This document shows, in pieces, positions 9,879 to 19,908 of a stretch of DNA of 64,000 bases. Location of the stretch: assembly GCA_963815215.1 (NCBI GenBank), contig CAWFFU010000003.1, positions 640,001 to 704,000 on the forward strand, read 5' to 3'. The stretch comes from an uncultured Trueperaceae bacterium (GTDB lineage Bacteria > Deinococcota > Deinococci > Deinococcales > Trueperaceae). The stretch's first letter is position 1; every line of letters starts with the position of its first letter. The notes under the pieces were generated by a model. That model saw nothing but the letters and a program-made list of their open reading frames with translations. It was not told the DNA's origin and did not search any database. A program made the translations under genes and the position numbers.

Positions 9879-11573
9879 ATGGCGGAAACGCTCACCCGGC
9901 TCAAGCTCAACCGACGTAGCGCGATCGTCACCGAAGGCGACCAGCGCGCACCCAATCGCGCCATGCTGCGCGCGGTCGGCTTCGACGACGACGACTTCGG
10001 CAAACCCATCGTGGCGATCGCCAACGGTCACAGCACCATCACGCCCTGCAACGCCGGTCTCGGCGAGCTGGCGACCGCCGCCGAACAGGCGGCCCGCGCC
10101 GGCGGCGGCATGCCCCAGACCTTCGGTACCATCACCATCTCCGACGGCATCTCGATGGGCACCGAGGGGATGAAGCTCAGCCTGGTGTCACGCGAGGTGA
10201 TCGCCGACAGCATCGAGACGGTGTGCCGCGGTCAGAGCATGGACGGCCTGCTGGCCGTAGGCGGCTGCGACAAGAACATGCCGGGGGCGATGATCGCCAT
10301 CGCGCGCCTCAACATCCCCAGTGTCTTCGTCTACGGCGGCACCATCAAGCCCGGGCGCCACGCCGGCGAAGACCTCACCATCGTCAGCGTGTTCGAGGCG
10401 GTCGGGCAATATTCGGCCGGCCGCATCCCGCTCGACACCTTCCGCGCCATCGAGCAGAACGCCTGCCCCGGTAACGGCTCGTGCGGCGGCATGTACACCG
10501 CCAACACCATGTCCTCGGCCATCGAAGCGATGGGCATGAGCCTACCCGCCTCCAGCACCATGGCCGCCGAGGACGACGAGAAGCGGCTCAGCGCCGCGGA
10601 CAGCGCTCGCGTGCTGCTGCGCCTGGTCCGGGACGAGGTGCTGCCGCGCGACATCATGACCAAGCACGCGTTCGAGAACGCCATCCGCGTGGTGATGGCG
10701 GTGGGCGGCAGCACCAACGCGGTGCTCCACCTGATAGCCATCGCCCACGCCGCCGACGTTCAGCTGGGCCTCGAGGACTTCGAGCGCATCCGCGCCGACA
10801 CGCCGGTGTTCTGCGATCTCAAGCCGTCGGGCCGCTACGTAGCCACCGACCTGCACCGGGTCGGCGGCATCCCGTTGGTGATGAAGATGCTGCTCGAAGC
10901 GGGGTTGCTCCACGGCGACTGCATGACCGTCACCGGCAAGACGGTGGCCGAGAACCTGCGGGACGTGCCGAGCACGCCGCCGACCGGTCAGGACGTGATC
11001 CACCCCATCGACCAACCGCTCTACCCGCACGGCCACCTGAACATCCTGCGCGGCAATCTTGCGCCCGAGGGGGCGGTGGCAAAGACGACGGGCCTCAAGG
11101 CGCGACGCATCCAGGGTCCGGCGCGCATCTTCGAGAGCGAGGAGGACTGCCTGGCGGCCATCCTCGGCGACCGCATCGCCGCGGGCGACGTGCTGGTCAT
11201 CCGCAACGAGGGGCCCCGCGGCGGGCCCGGGATGCGCGAGATGCTCTCCCCCACCAGCGCCATCATCGGCAAGGGCCTCGGCGACTCGGTGGGGCTGATC
11301 ACCGACGGCCGCTTCTCGGGCGGCACCTACGGGCTGGTCGTCGGCCACGTGGCGCCGGAGGCCGCTGTTGGCGGGCCCATCGGGCTGCTCCGCGAGGGCG
11401 ACACCGTGACCATCGACGCCGATCGGAACCTGCTCCAGGTGGAGCTGAGCGACGACGAGATCCAGCTTCGGCGCGACGCCTGGCAGCCGCCCGCGCCGCG
11501 CTACACCCGCGGTGTGCTGGCGAAGTACGCCCGCGAGGTTTCGAGCGCATCGAAGGGCGCGGTCACCGGCTGA
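9879..11573 (+). CDS. ilvD: Dihydroxy-acid dehydratase
   Basis: Motifs [41 protein letters not shown] and TDGRFSG. AAGGA RBS and an upstream TACAAT. Confidence 0.97.
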   Translation: MAETLTRLKLNRRSAIVTEGDQRAPNRAMLRAVGFDDDDFGKPIVAIANGHSTITPCNAGLGELATAAEQAARAGGGMPQTFGTITISDGISMGTEGMKLSLVSREVIADSIETVCRGQSMDGLLAVGGCDKNMPGAMIAIARLNIPSVFVYGGTIKPGRHAGEDLTIVSVFEAVGQYSAGRIPLDTFRAIEQNACPGNGSCGGMYTANTMSSAIEAMGMSLPASSTMAAEDDEKRLSAADSARVLLRLVRDEVLPRDIMTKHAFENAIRVVMAVGGSTNAVLHLIAIAHAADVQLGLEDFERIRADTPVFCDLKPSGRYVATDLHRVGGIPLVMKMLLEAGLLHGDCMTVTGKTVAENLRDVPSTPPTGQDVIHPIDQPLYPHGHLNILRGNLAPEGAVAKTTGLKARRIQGPARIFESEEDCLAAILGDRIAAGDVLVIRNEGPRGGPGMREMLSPTSAIIGKGLGDSVGLITDGRFSGGTYGLVVGHVAPEAAVGGPIGLLREGDTVTIDADRNLLQVELSDDEIQLRRDAWQPPAPRYTRGVLAKYAREVSSASKGAVTG

Positions 11574-11601
11574 CCGCGGCGTGCGGGCGGCCCTCCAGCG
11601 A

Positions 11602-11637
11602 GCTTCCGGGCCCGAGCGTGCGCTCGGGCCCGGAAGC
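11602..11637. terminator. Long perfect hairpin between convergent ilvD and tctA
   Basis: GCTTCCGGGCCCGAGCG-TG-CGCTCGGGCCCGGAAGC inverted repeat. No clear U-tract. Confidence 0.65.
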
Positions 11638-11679
11638 GTTCGGCCGCGGTCGCGCGGCGACCTCGGTGAGGAGCGGCGG

Positions 11680-13197
11680 TCAGTCCGGCGAGCCGTCGTC
11701 ATCGTCGACGACGACCTGGGGCCGGCGCAGGAACAGGATCGGCAGGATCAGGCCGAGGACGGCCACCCCCCACAGGATGATGGAGAGCGGGCTGTCCCAG
11801 AGGCTCAACCAGTTGCCGTTGCCGAGGTTGAGGGCGCGGCGGAGGTTGACCTCCATGTCGTCGCCCAGCAGCAGGCCCAGGATGACCGGCACCAGCGGGA
11901 TGTCGAGTTTGCGTAGCAGCCAGCCCCCGACCCCGAAGCCGATCATCAGGAAGATGTCGAAGACGCTGTGGCTGATGGCGTACACACCCAGGAAGCCGAC
12001 CATCGTCACGACCGGCATGAGGATCCAGCCGGGGACGCTCAGCAGCCGTACGAAGATGCCCACCAGCGGCAGGTTGAGGACCAGCAGCACGATGTTGCCG
12101 AGGTAGAGCGAGGCGATGAGGCCCCACACCACGTCGGGGTGCTGGGTGAACAGCAGCGGCCCGGGGGTGATGTTGAGCGAGATCAGCATCGCAAGGAGCA
12201 CCGCGGTGGTGCCGCTGCCGGGCACGCCGAGCGTCAGCATGGGGACCAGGGCACCGCCGGCGGCGGCGTTGTTGCCGGCCTCCGGCGCCGCCACGCCGCG
12301 GGGGTCGCCCGTTCCGAACGTCCCCTTGCGGTCCACCAGGCGCTTCTCGAAGGTGTAGGCGACGAACGACCCGAGCGAGGCTCCGGCGCCGGGCAGCACG
12401 CCCGCGACGAAGCCGATGACGCTGGCGCGCACCATCGTCACCAGCGTCCCCAGGATGTCGCGGATGCGCGCGCCCACACGACCGACCTTGTAACGCACGG
12501 TCTCGCCGGCGTGCGTGGTCTCCACGAACACCAGCGCCTCGCTGATGGCGAACAGGCCGACGATGGCGACGATGAAGTCGATGCCCTCGAAGAACTTCAT
12601 CTGCCCGAAGGTGAACCTCGGCACCGAGCTGCCCGGGTCGAGGCCGACGGTGGCCAGCATCAGCCCGAGCACGGCGCCGATGAGCGTCTTGACCGGGTTC
12701 TTCCCGGTCAGGCTGCTGAGCGTGGAGAAGGCCATGACGTAGAGCGCGAAGTACTCGGCGGGTCCGAAGCGGATGGCGAGCTTGGCCAGCACCGGCGCGA
12801 ACAGCATCAACCCGATGGTCGCCAGGGTGCTGCCCACGAACGACGCGACGGCCGAGATGGCGAGTGCGGAGCCGCCGCGCCCCTGCTTGGTCATCGGATA
12901 GCCGTCGAGCGTGGTCATCACGGCCGGTTCGTCGCCGGGGATGTTGAGCAAGATGCTGGAGATGCGCCCGCCGTACATCGCGCCGTAGTAGACGCTGGCC
13001 AGGAAGATCATGGCCGAGGTGGCGGGCAGCCCGAGCGTGAAGCTGACGGGGATCAGGATCGCCACGCCGTTGGCCGGGCCCAGGCCCGGCAATGCACCGA
13101 CGATGGTCCCGGCGAAGGCCCCGACCAGCGCCAGCAGCAGGTTGAGTGGCTGGAACGCGACGGCGAAGCCCTGTCCGAGGAGATGGAGGGTCTCCAC
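11680..13197 (-). CDS. tctA: Tripartite tricarboxylate transporter large permease
   Basis: Motifs GTIVGALPGLGP, YGGRISSILLNIPG, TLDGYPM, APEAGNNAA and TLGVPGS. Confidence 0.95.
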   Translation of the reverse strand: METLHLLGQGFAVAFQPLNLLLALVGAFAGTIVGALPGLGPANGVAILIPVSFTLGLPATSAMIFLASVYYGAMYGGRISSILLNIPGDEPAVMTTLDGYPMTKQGRGGSALAISAVASFVGSTLATIGLMLFAPVLAKLAIRFGPAEYFALYVMAFSTLSSLTGKNPVKTLIGAVLGLMLATVGLDPGSSVPRFTFGQMKFFEGIDFIVAIVGLFAISEALVFVETTHAGETVRYKVGRVGARIRDILGTLVTMVRASVIGFVAGVLPGAGASLGSFVAYTFEKRLVDRKGTFGTGDPRGVAAPEAGNNAAAGGALVPMLTLGVPGSGTTAVLLAMLISLNITPGPLLFTQHPDVVWGLIASLYLGNIVLLVLNLPLVGIFVRLLSVPGWILMPVVTMVGFLGVYAISHSVFDIFLMIGFGVGGWLLRKLDIPLVPVILGLLLGDDMEVNLRRALNLGNGNWLSLWDSPLSIILWGVAVLGLILPILFLRRPQVVVDDDDGSPD

Positions 13198-13198
13198 G

Positions 13199-13633
13199 CT
13201 AGCCCCCGAACAGCGCGCCCGTGGGCAACGGCAGGCCCAGCAGGGTGTTGAACAGGATGTAGAGCGCGAAGCTGCTGACGACGCCGGTCACGCCCGCCTG
13301 CCACCAGCGGGCGCCGAGCAACGACGCCATGAACGTCATCACCAGGACGGTCGCCAGCACGAAGCCGAGCGGCTCGAGCAGCAGCGCGTAGACGATCAGG
13401 CCGCCGATCAGCACGGCCTGCCGGAACAGGACCACGGCCTTCGGCCAGACGGCTTCGGACGACGGCCGGATGAGCAGATAGAGGCTGAAGAGCCCCAGCA
13501 GGACGGCCAGCATGATCGGCCACGCCTGGGGGCCCAGGGGATCGGTGAGAAAATTGGTGGTGAAGCTGCGCGCGTGAAGCCCGAACGCGATGGCCAGGGC
13601 CAGCAGCAACCCCCCTGTGAAGCGATCGGTCAT
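13199..13633 (-). CDS. tctB: Tripartite tricarboxylate transporter small subunit
   Basis: About four TM segments with DPLGPQAWP, LEPLGF and LGLPLP. Sits between tctC and tctA. Confidence 0.92.
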   Translation of the reverse strand: MTDRFTGGLLLALAIAFGLHARSFTTNFLTDPLGPQAWPIMLAVLLGLFSLYLLIRPSSEAVWPKAVVLFRQAVLIGGLIVYALLLEPLGFVLATVLVMTFMASLLGARWWQAGVTGVVSSFALYILFNTLLGLPLPTGALFGG

Positions 13634-13736
13634 GGAACCAGTCCGTACCCGTTCCGGAGCGGGCGGAGCGGCTGCGCTCCTCGCCCCCTGGGATGGCGTG
13701 GGCGCGCCGGCAGCGCGCCCACGCGGGAGTGTTGGG

Positions 13737-14714
13737 CTACAGCAGCCCGATCTCCTTCGACAGATCGCGGAGATCCTGGATCTGCTTGTTCACGAAGTCG
13801 TTGAACGTGCTGCCGCCCATCCAGAACGGGGCCAGGCCGTTGTTCGTCATGGCCGCCTTCCACTCGTCGCTCTGGTAGAGAGCCTTGAGCGTGTCACCCC
13901 AGTAGGTGAAGGCTTCATCCGAGGCCCCGGCAGGGATGTAGAAGCCGCGCCAGTTGGCGCCGACCACGTCGTAGCCCTGTTCCTTGGCGGTCGGGATGTT
14001 CCCCAGATCGCCGGGGAGGCGTTGATCGGAGAGCACGGCGAGCACGCGCACGGCGCCGGCATCGAGCTGGCCCTTCACCTCGGAGATGTCGCCCGTCGCG
14101 GCCTGCAGGTGGTGACCCAGGACCTGCGTCAAGGCGTCCCCGCCGTTGTTGAACGAGATGTACTTGACGCGCTTCACGTCCGTCATGCCGGCGGCCTTCA
14201 TCAGCAGCAGGACCTTCAGGTGATCCCAGCCGCCGACCGCGCTGCCGCCGCCGAACGCGACCTTGGTGGGATCGGCCTTGACGGCATCGACGAGGTCCTG
14301 CAGGGTCTTGAAGGGCGAGTCCGCCGCAACGGTGATCACGCCGAAGTCGGCGCCGAGCGCCGCCACCCAGCGCACCTGGCCCTCGGTGAGGCCGGCGTAC
14401 TGGTTCTGCGCCAGGCGGGTGGTGGTGGCTGTGCTGGCGGCGACCAGCAAGTCCGAGTCCTTGTTGCGCTTGCTCACCACGTAGCCGTAGGCCACCCCGC
14501 CGCCGCCGCCGGCCATGTTCGTCACCTTCACCGGCTGCGGGACGTCCTTGAGGTCGTACAGGATCTTGCCGACCGAGCGGCAGGTGAAGTCCCAGCCGCC
14601 GCCGGGGTCGGACGGGGCGATGCACTCGACGTTGCTCGGCGAGAACGCGAACGCGCTCCCGAGCAGGCCCAGAAGCAGGGTGGCCAGCAGAGGTGCCAGT
14701 CGACGTACCTTCAT
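13737..14714 (-). CDS. tctC: Tripartite tricarboxylate transporter substrate-binding protein (Bug family)
   Basis: Signal peptide ending AFA, PGGGWDFTCR, NMAGGGG, PTAKEQG and NWRGF. AGGAGGAG RBS. Confidence 0.94.
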   Translation of the reverse strand: MKVRRLAPLLATLLLGLLGSAFAFSPSNVECIAPSDPGGGWDFTCRSVGKILYDLKDVPQPVKVTNMAGGGGGVAYGYVVSKRNKDSDLLVAASTATTTRLAQNQYAGLTEGQVRWVAALGADFGVITVAADSPFKTLQDLVDAVKADPTKVAFGGGSAVGGWDHLKVLLLMKAAGMTDVKRVKYISFNNGGDALTQVLGHHLQAATGDISEVKGQLDAGAVRVLAVLSDQRLPGDLGNIPTAKEQGYDVVGANWRGFYIPAGASDEAFTYWGDTLKALYQSDEWKAAMTNNGLAPFWMGGSTFNDFVNKQIQDLRDLSKEIGLL

Positions 14715-15430
14715 AGTCTCCTCCTAGTCGATCGAACGGAGTTGGGGCTCCGTGTCGGATCCTCGTTCGAAGCGCCGTCCCGGTCGAGCCAGGCCAGCAT
14801 GGCCGCCTCCGCGGCCGCCATGTGCGACGTCAACGCGGCCTCGACGGCCGCTGCGTCGCGCTCCAGCAGGGCATGCAGCACCGCCGCGTGCTCGTGCCAC
14901 GCTTCGCGGGCGCGGCCGCAACGCTGGGTGGAGAGCGCACGCGCGAGGCGCAGCTGGTCGCAGACGCGACCCGCGGCGCGGGACATCTCACCGTTGCCGG
15001 CCAGTGCGGTGAGCGCTCGGTGGAAGTCCTGGTCGGGCGGGTATCCCTCGCCTCGCGCGGTGGCGTCGTCGGCCGCGCCGAGCAGGACCTGAAGCCCCTC
15101 GAGCTCAGCGCCTGAAGCCCGGGCCACGGCAAGGCTCGCCGCGGCGACCTCCAACACCCGCCTCAACTCCATCAGTTCCCGGACCTGGGTGCGGTCGTAG
15201 CAGCGAACGAAGGTGCCGCGGCGCGGACGTCGCACCACCAGTCCCTCCTGGACCAGCCGCTCGAGCGCTTCCCGTACGGGACCCCGGCTCACGTTCAGGC
15301 GTTGCGCCAGGCCCGCCTCGCTGAGACGGCTCCCCGACGGATACGAACCCGCGAGCAACGAAGCCCGTAGCCAGCGGTAGACCTGTTCGGTGATGCTGGG
15401 ACCTGTGGTGACGCCCGATAGCGCGTCCAT
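14711..15430 (-). CDS. GntR (FadR/FCD) family transcriptional regulator
   Basis: wHTH LAQRLNVSRGPVREAL and FCD histidines in DQDFH and HEH. ATGA overlap with tctC. Confidence 0.93.
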   Translation of the reverse strand: MDALSGVTTGPSITEQVYRWLRASLLAGSYPSGSRLSEAGLAQRLNVSRGPVREALERLVQEGLVVRRPRRGTFVRCYDRTQVRELMELRRVLEVAAASLAVARASGAELEGLQVLLGAADDATARGEGYPPDQDFHRALTALAGNGEMSRAAGRVCDQLRLARALSTQRCGRAREAWHEHAAVLHALLERDAAAVEAALTSHMAAAEAAMLAWLDRDGASNEDPTRSPNSVRSTRRRL

Positions 15431-15453
15431 CTGTCGCTCGCCGCCCCTCCGCG

Positions 15454-15497
15454 GTGTCAACTGCCGACCGTGTCAACTGCCGACTGTCGACACTTTA
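15454..15497 (-). promoter_or_regulatory. Putative GntR operator array of TG[TC]C[AG]AC heptamers, next to a -10 box (TAAAGT) of the gntR-tctCBA operon
   Basis: GTGTCAACTGCCGAC occurs twice and is followed by the palindrome TGTCGACA (15485-15492). Minus-strand TAAAGT at 15492-15497. Confidence 0.7.
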
Positions 15498-15619
15498 GCG
15501 GAGGATGAGTATGGCGTGAGTTCGATGAGAGTCCCTGAGTACACTGGTCGCGCCGGGTTGCGTTCCCCGGCGCGATGTGGTTCGGGCGGGTCTCGGGGCG
15601 TGCAGGTCTCGGGGCGTGC

Positions 15620-16174
15620 TCAGGCGGCGGGAGCGCTCACCGGTGGGCGCTCGAGATCGGGCATCACGACATCGAACGTCGAGGGGTAGACCAGTCGCCC
15701 CCGCCAGCCTGGGTCGTAGCCGGCGAGCCGGCGTGCCATGAAGACGGCGTCGGGCAGGGGCTCGGGCGGCGTGATCCCGTAGCGCGAGGCGGGCACGAAC
15801 CCGAAGCGCGGGTAGTACCCAGGGTGCCCGACCAACACGATGAGCGGCTCGCCGGCATGATCGGCGCGGCCGATGCACTCATGCACCAGCGCGGTGCCGG
15901 CGCCCCGCTCCTGATAGCCAGGGAGCACCGCCAGCGGCGCCAGCGCCAGCACGGGACGGACGTGCGCGCCGTCGTCGAGCCGGGCGTAGCTGAGCAAGAC
16001 GTGACCGATGATCCGGTCGTCCATCTCCGCGACGATCGAGAAGTCGGGCCGGTACTGCGCGGACATACGGATGGCGTCGACCAGATCGGCCTCCGCCGCG
16101 GTGTCGAACGCGGCCAGGTGCACCGCACGGATGCCGGGCGCGTCGCCCTGCAGCTCGCCACGGATCTTCAGCAT
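15620..16174 (-). CDS. GNAT family N-acetyltransferase (YhbS-like)
   Basis: Motifs EADLVDAIR, LAPLAVLPGYQERGAG and GHPGYYPRFGF. TAGTTT lies 5 nt before the ATG. Confidence 0.92.
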   Translation of the reverse strand: MLKIRGELQGDAPGIRAVHLAAFDTAAEADLVDAIRMSAQYRPDFSIVAEMDDRIIGHVLLSYARLDDGAHVRPVLALAPLAVLPGYQERGAGTALVHECIGRADHAGEPLIVLVGHPGYYPRFGFVPASRYGITPPEPLPDAVFMARRLAGYDPGWRGRLVYPSTFDVVMPDLERPPVSAPAA

Positions 16175-16243
16175 GCCCCAAACTACCCACGAGAGCCATG
16201 AGTTCCATGGGGCATGGCCCTTCCTACGCGTACAATCGCGGAC

Positions 16244-17485
16244 ATGGCGCTCTTCCAGTCGTTCGCCCTGGTGCTCACGATCACCGCACTGTTCGGGTTC
16301 GTGAACGAACGCTGGATCAAGCTGCCGGTACCCATCGGGGTGACGCTGGTGGCGCTCGTCACCTCGCTGGGGCTGCTGGTGTTCCGCGACACCGCGCTCA
16401 CCCATTGGGCGCAGGGGTTCCTCGACTCGCTGAACTTCGGCACGCTGGTGCTGCAGGGGCTGCTGAGCTATCTGCTGTTCGCCGGCTCGCTACACGTCAA
16501 CCTGGAGGACCTGAGCCAACAGGGCTGGCCGATCCTGGTCCTGGCCACCGTAGGGGTCGTCATCTCGACGGCGGTGGTCGGGCTGCTGTCGTACCTGGGC
16601 GCCCACCTGCTGGGCTTCCCGCTGCCGCTGACCTGGGCGTTCGTGTTCGGGGCGCTGATCTCCCCGACCGATCCCATCGCGGTCCTCGGTATCCTGCGCC
16701 GGCTCAAGGTGCGGCGCGACGTCGAGACGCTGATCGTGGGTGAGAGCCTGTTCAACGACGGCGTCGGCGTAGTGGTGTTCCTGGCCGCCTTGAACATCGC
16801 CCTGGTGGCGGGCGGCGGACACGGAGAGTCGTCGGGCGCGCTGGCGCTGTTCGTGCGCGAGGCGCTGGGCGGCCTGGCCTTGGGATTCGTGCTCGGGGTC
16901 GTCACCTACCTGCTGCTGCGCGCGGTCGACCAGTACTCCGTCGAGGTGCTGCTGACGCTGGCACTGGTGTCCGGCGGCTACGCCCTCGCCGACGCCACGC
17001 ACATGTCGGGCCCGCTCGCCATGGTGGTGGCGGGGCTGTTCATCGGCAATCGGGGTCGCATGATGGCGATGAGCGACACGACCCGCGAGCACCTCGACAC
17101 CTTCTGGGAGCTGATCGACGAGATGCTCAACGCGATCCTGTTCGTTCTCATCGGCCTGGAGATCCTGGTGCTGGCCAAGGGATACCCGTGGCCGATGGCG
17201 CTGCTGACCATCCCACTGGTGCTGGTCGCGCGCATGGTGAGTGCCGGCGCGGCCATCACCACCCTGCGGGCATACCGTCACTTCCCCCCCTGGACCGTGC
17301 GCACCATGGTGTGGGGCGGGCTTCGCGGCGGCATCTCGGTCGCGCTCGCCCTGTCGCTGCCCCCGGGGCAGGTGCGCGACCTCATCGTGTCGATGACCTA
17401 CGCCGTGGTGGTGTTCTCCATCCTGGTGCAGGGGTTGACGGTGTCGCGCGTTGCGCGGCGCATCCCTTCCGACAGCGGGGGCTGA
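16244..17485 (+). CDS. CPA1-family Na+/H+ antiporter
   Basis: Motifs LISPTDPIAV, GESLFNDGVG, SGPLAMV and WGGLRGGIS. Confidence 0.94.
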   Translation: MALFQSFALVLTITALFGFVNERWIKLPVPIGVTLVALVTSLGLLVFRDTALTHWAQGFLDSLNFGTLVLQGLLSYLLFAGSLHVNLEDLSQQGWPILVLATVGVVISTAVVGLLSYLGAHLLGFPLPLTWAFVFGALISPTDPIAVLGILRRLKVRRDVETLIVGESLFNDGVGVVVFLAALNIALVAGGGHGESSGALALFVREALGGLALGFVLGVVTYLLLRAVDQYSVEVLLTLALVSGGYALADATHMSGPLAMVVAGLFIGNRGRMMAMSDTTREHLDTFWELIDEMLNAILFVLIGLEILVLAKGYPWPMALLTIPLVLVARMVSAGAAITTLRAYRHFPPWTVRTMVWGGLRGGISVALALSLPPGQVRDLIVSMTYAVVVFSILVQGLTVSRVARRIPSDSGG

Positions 17486-17577
17486 GCTCCCGCTCCCTCG
17501 GGCGACCCTTGACGGAGCCTCGGCGCGCGGACGTATGCTCGACCGAATTGCGGGCGCGCCCGCCCCGGAGGTATCGC

Positions 17578-18330
17578 ATGAGCAAGATTCGCATCACCGT
17601 CTGGAACGAGTACCTCCACGAGGTCGAGAACGATCTCGTGCGCGCCGTCTACCCCAACGGGATCCACAACGAGGTGGCGTCGGCGCTCGCCGAACACCTC
17701 GATGCCGACGTGCGCACCGCCACCCTGCGTCAGCCCGAACACGGTCTGAGCGCCGACGTGCTCGACAGCACCGACGTGCTCTTCTGGTGGGGTCACAAAG
17801 CCCACGCCGAGGTCTCGGACGAGGTGGTCGAGCGCGTGCACAAGGCGGTGCTCTCCGGGATGGGGCTGGTGGCCCTGCACTCGGCCCATGTCTCCAAGGT
17901 CTTCAAGCGGGTGCTGGGCACCAGCGGCTGGCTGCGTTGGCGCGAGGCCGACGAGAAGGAGCGGCTGTGGAACCTGCAGCCGTCGCATCCCATCATGGCG
18001 GGCGTCCCCGACTACTTCGAGCTCGAGCAGGAGGAGATGTACGGCGAGCGCTTCGATGTCCCGGATCCCGACGAACTGCTGATGCTCTCGTGGTTCCAGG
18101 GCGGCGAGGTGTTCCGCAGCCTGTGCACGTGGCGTCGCGGGCACGGTCGCGTGGTGTACTTCCGGCCCGGCCACGAGGCCTATCCGACCTACCGGCATCC
18201 GCACGTGCGCCGCATCCTCGCCAACACCGCCGCCTACGCGGCACGCCGGGTCACGGTCGACGTCAGCAAGCCGATCCAGGTCGACGCCCTCGAGCCGGTG
18301 CCCAACGCCGGCAAGGAACACATCGGCTGA
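17578..18330 (+). CDS. thuA: ThuA (trehalose utilisation) domain protein
   Basis: Motifs VWNEYLHE, YPNGIH, QPEHGL, WWGHKAH, LHSAH, EEMYGE and YFRPGHE. GGAGG RBS, with TTGACG...TATGCT upstream. Confidence 0.92.
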   Translation: MSKIRITVWNEYLHEVENDLVRAVYPNGIHNEVASALAEHLDADVRTATLRQPEHGLSADVLDSTDVLFWWGHKAHAEVSDEVVERVHKAVLSGMGLVALHSAHVSKVFKRVLGTSGWLRWREADEKERLWNLQPSHPIMAGVPDYFELEQEEMYGERFDVPDPDELLMLSWFQGGEVFRSLCTWRRGHGRVVYFRPGHEAYPTYRHPHVRRILANTAAYAARRVTVDVSKPIQVDALEPVPNAGKEHIG

Positions 18331-18358
18331 GGCCGCGCGCCGGCCCCAGGAGGACATC

Positions 18359-19408
18359 ATGCATCTCGTTGACACCGATCCCGTTCGCGTTGCCGTGCTC
18401 GGCACGGGCGCCATCTCGAGGCGGCACCGGGAGGGCTGGCTGGCCGCCGGCGCAACCATCGTGGCGCTGTGCGACGTCGATGAGGCCTCGCTCGAGCGTG
18501 CCGGCCGCGACTGGGGCGTCGAGCGTCGCTACCGGGACTTCCGTGCCATGTTCGACGACGGCGGCATCGATGTCGTCAGCATCGCTGCGCCCACGGCCGT
18601 GCACCACCCGGCCACGGTCGCCGCGGCGGAGAAGGGCATCCACGTCCTGGTGGAGAAGCCCATCGCCCTGTCACTGGACCTCGCCGACGCCATGATCGAC
18701 GCCTGCCGGCAGGCGGGCGTGCTGCTGCAGGTCAACCATCAGCTCCGCTCCGGCGGCCCGGCCCGGCGCGCCGGCGAGCTCCTCGCCGCAGGCGCCATCG
18801 GACGCGTGACCTACCTCCGGCTCCGCCAGGCACACGACTGGGCTGGGCTCGGCGTACGCCCCTCCTTCGCGACGCGGGCGTCCTCGGGGGGTGGCACGCT
18901 GCTCGACAACGGCTGCCACCTCATGGACCTCGCCCGCTTCTTCGGCGGACGCGTCGAGGAGGTCTACGCCCGGACCGCCCGCCTGCAGTACGACGTCGAA
19001 GTCGAGGACACCGCCGTGGTCTCGATGCGCTTCGAGGACGGCGCGCTCGGTACGGTGGAGACCGCTTGGACGGCCACCGGCTGGGAGGAGGGCTTCTGGA
19101 TCTACGGCACCGAGGGAGCCTTGGAGTGCACCAACCGGTTCGGCCCGCCCGTGTTGCGCCACAGCTACCGCGCCTCGCCGGGCACCACCTGGGGCGAGAC
19201 CGACGTCACGACCTACGATTTCGCGGGCGATGGGCCTCACGGTCGTCACATCGGTGCGTTCATGGCGGCCATACGGGGCGAGCGGGAGGTGGCGTGCAGC
19301 GGCGAGGACGGCCGCGAAGCGGTGCGGCTGGTGCTTCGGGCCTACGACAGCGCCGCGCTCGGGCGTCCCGTCGCGATAGCGGACGGCGTGCCGACCGCCA
19401 CTCCCTGA
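18359..19408 (+). CDS. Gfo/Idh/MocA family NAD(P) oxidoreductase
   Basis: GTGAIS Rossmann motif, EKPIA and GGTLLDNGCHLMD. AGGAGG RBS. Confidence 0.93.
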   Translation: MHLVDTDPVRVAVLGTGAISRRHREGWLAAGATIVALCDVDEASLERAGRDWGVERRYRDFRAMFDDGGIDVVSIAAPTAVHHPATVAAAEKGIHVLVEKPIALSLDLADAMIDACRQAGVLLQVNHQLRSGGPARRAGELLAAGAIGRVTYLRLRQAHDWAGLGVRPSFATRASSGGGTLLDNGCHLMDLARFFGGRVEEVYARTARLQYDVEVEDTAVVSMRFEDGALGTVETAWTATGWEEGFWIYGTEGALECTNRFGPPVLRHSYRASPGTTWGETDVTTYDFAGDGPHGRHIGAFMAAIRGEREVACSGEDGREAVRLVLRAYDSAALGRPVAIADGVPTATP

Positions 19409-19460
19409 GTCGGGCGAGCGGGGCCCCGAGGGCCGCCTCCCGGCGGCCGTAGACTGAGGC

Positions 19461-19847
19461 ATGACGTACGACGCCTTCCGCGATGCCGCCGCGGGCATGG
19501 TCGACGACATCCCCGCCGCCTTCCTGAAGGGCCTGCAAGGGGTGCACGTGTTCGAGGAGGCCCACGTCGAGGAGGACTACGACGACGTCTATCGCCTCGG
19601 CGAGTACCTCGACCCCGGCAGCGAGGACTTCCTCGGCGGACAGCCCGGGTTGGGACGCCACATCGCGGTCTACTACGGGTCCTTCGTCGCCGTCGCCGAG
19701 GGCGACCCCGACTTCGACTGGGAGGACGAGCTGTGGGAGACCATCACCCACGAGCTGCGCCACCACGTCGAGTCACTCGCCGGCGAAGACCTGCTGGTTC
19801 AGGACGATGTCGAGCGTCAGAAGGACTTCCCCAGGCGCGATCGCTGA
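19461..19847 (+). CDS. Minimal zincin-like metallopeptidase family protein
   Basis: LGEY, IAVYYGSF and HExxH in THELRHH. TAGACT lies 5 nt before the ATG. Confidence 0.85.
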   Translation: MTYDAFRDAAAGMVDDIPAAFLKGLQGVHVFEEAHVEEDYDDVYRLGEYLDPGSEDFLGGQPGLGRHIAVYYGSFVAVAEGDPDFDWEDELWETITHELRHHVESLAGEDLLVQDDVERQKDFPRRDR

Positions 19848-19908
19848 CGCCCGGACGGGCCCCCGCAGAGGCACGACAGCCCGCAGCGGCAACCACGCCG
19901 GCGGCGAC

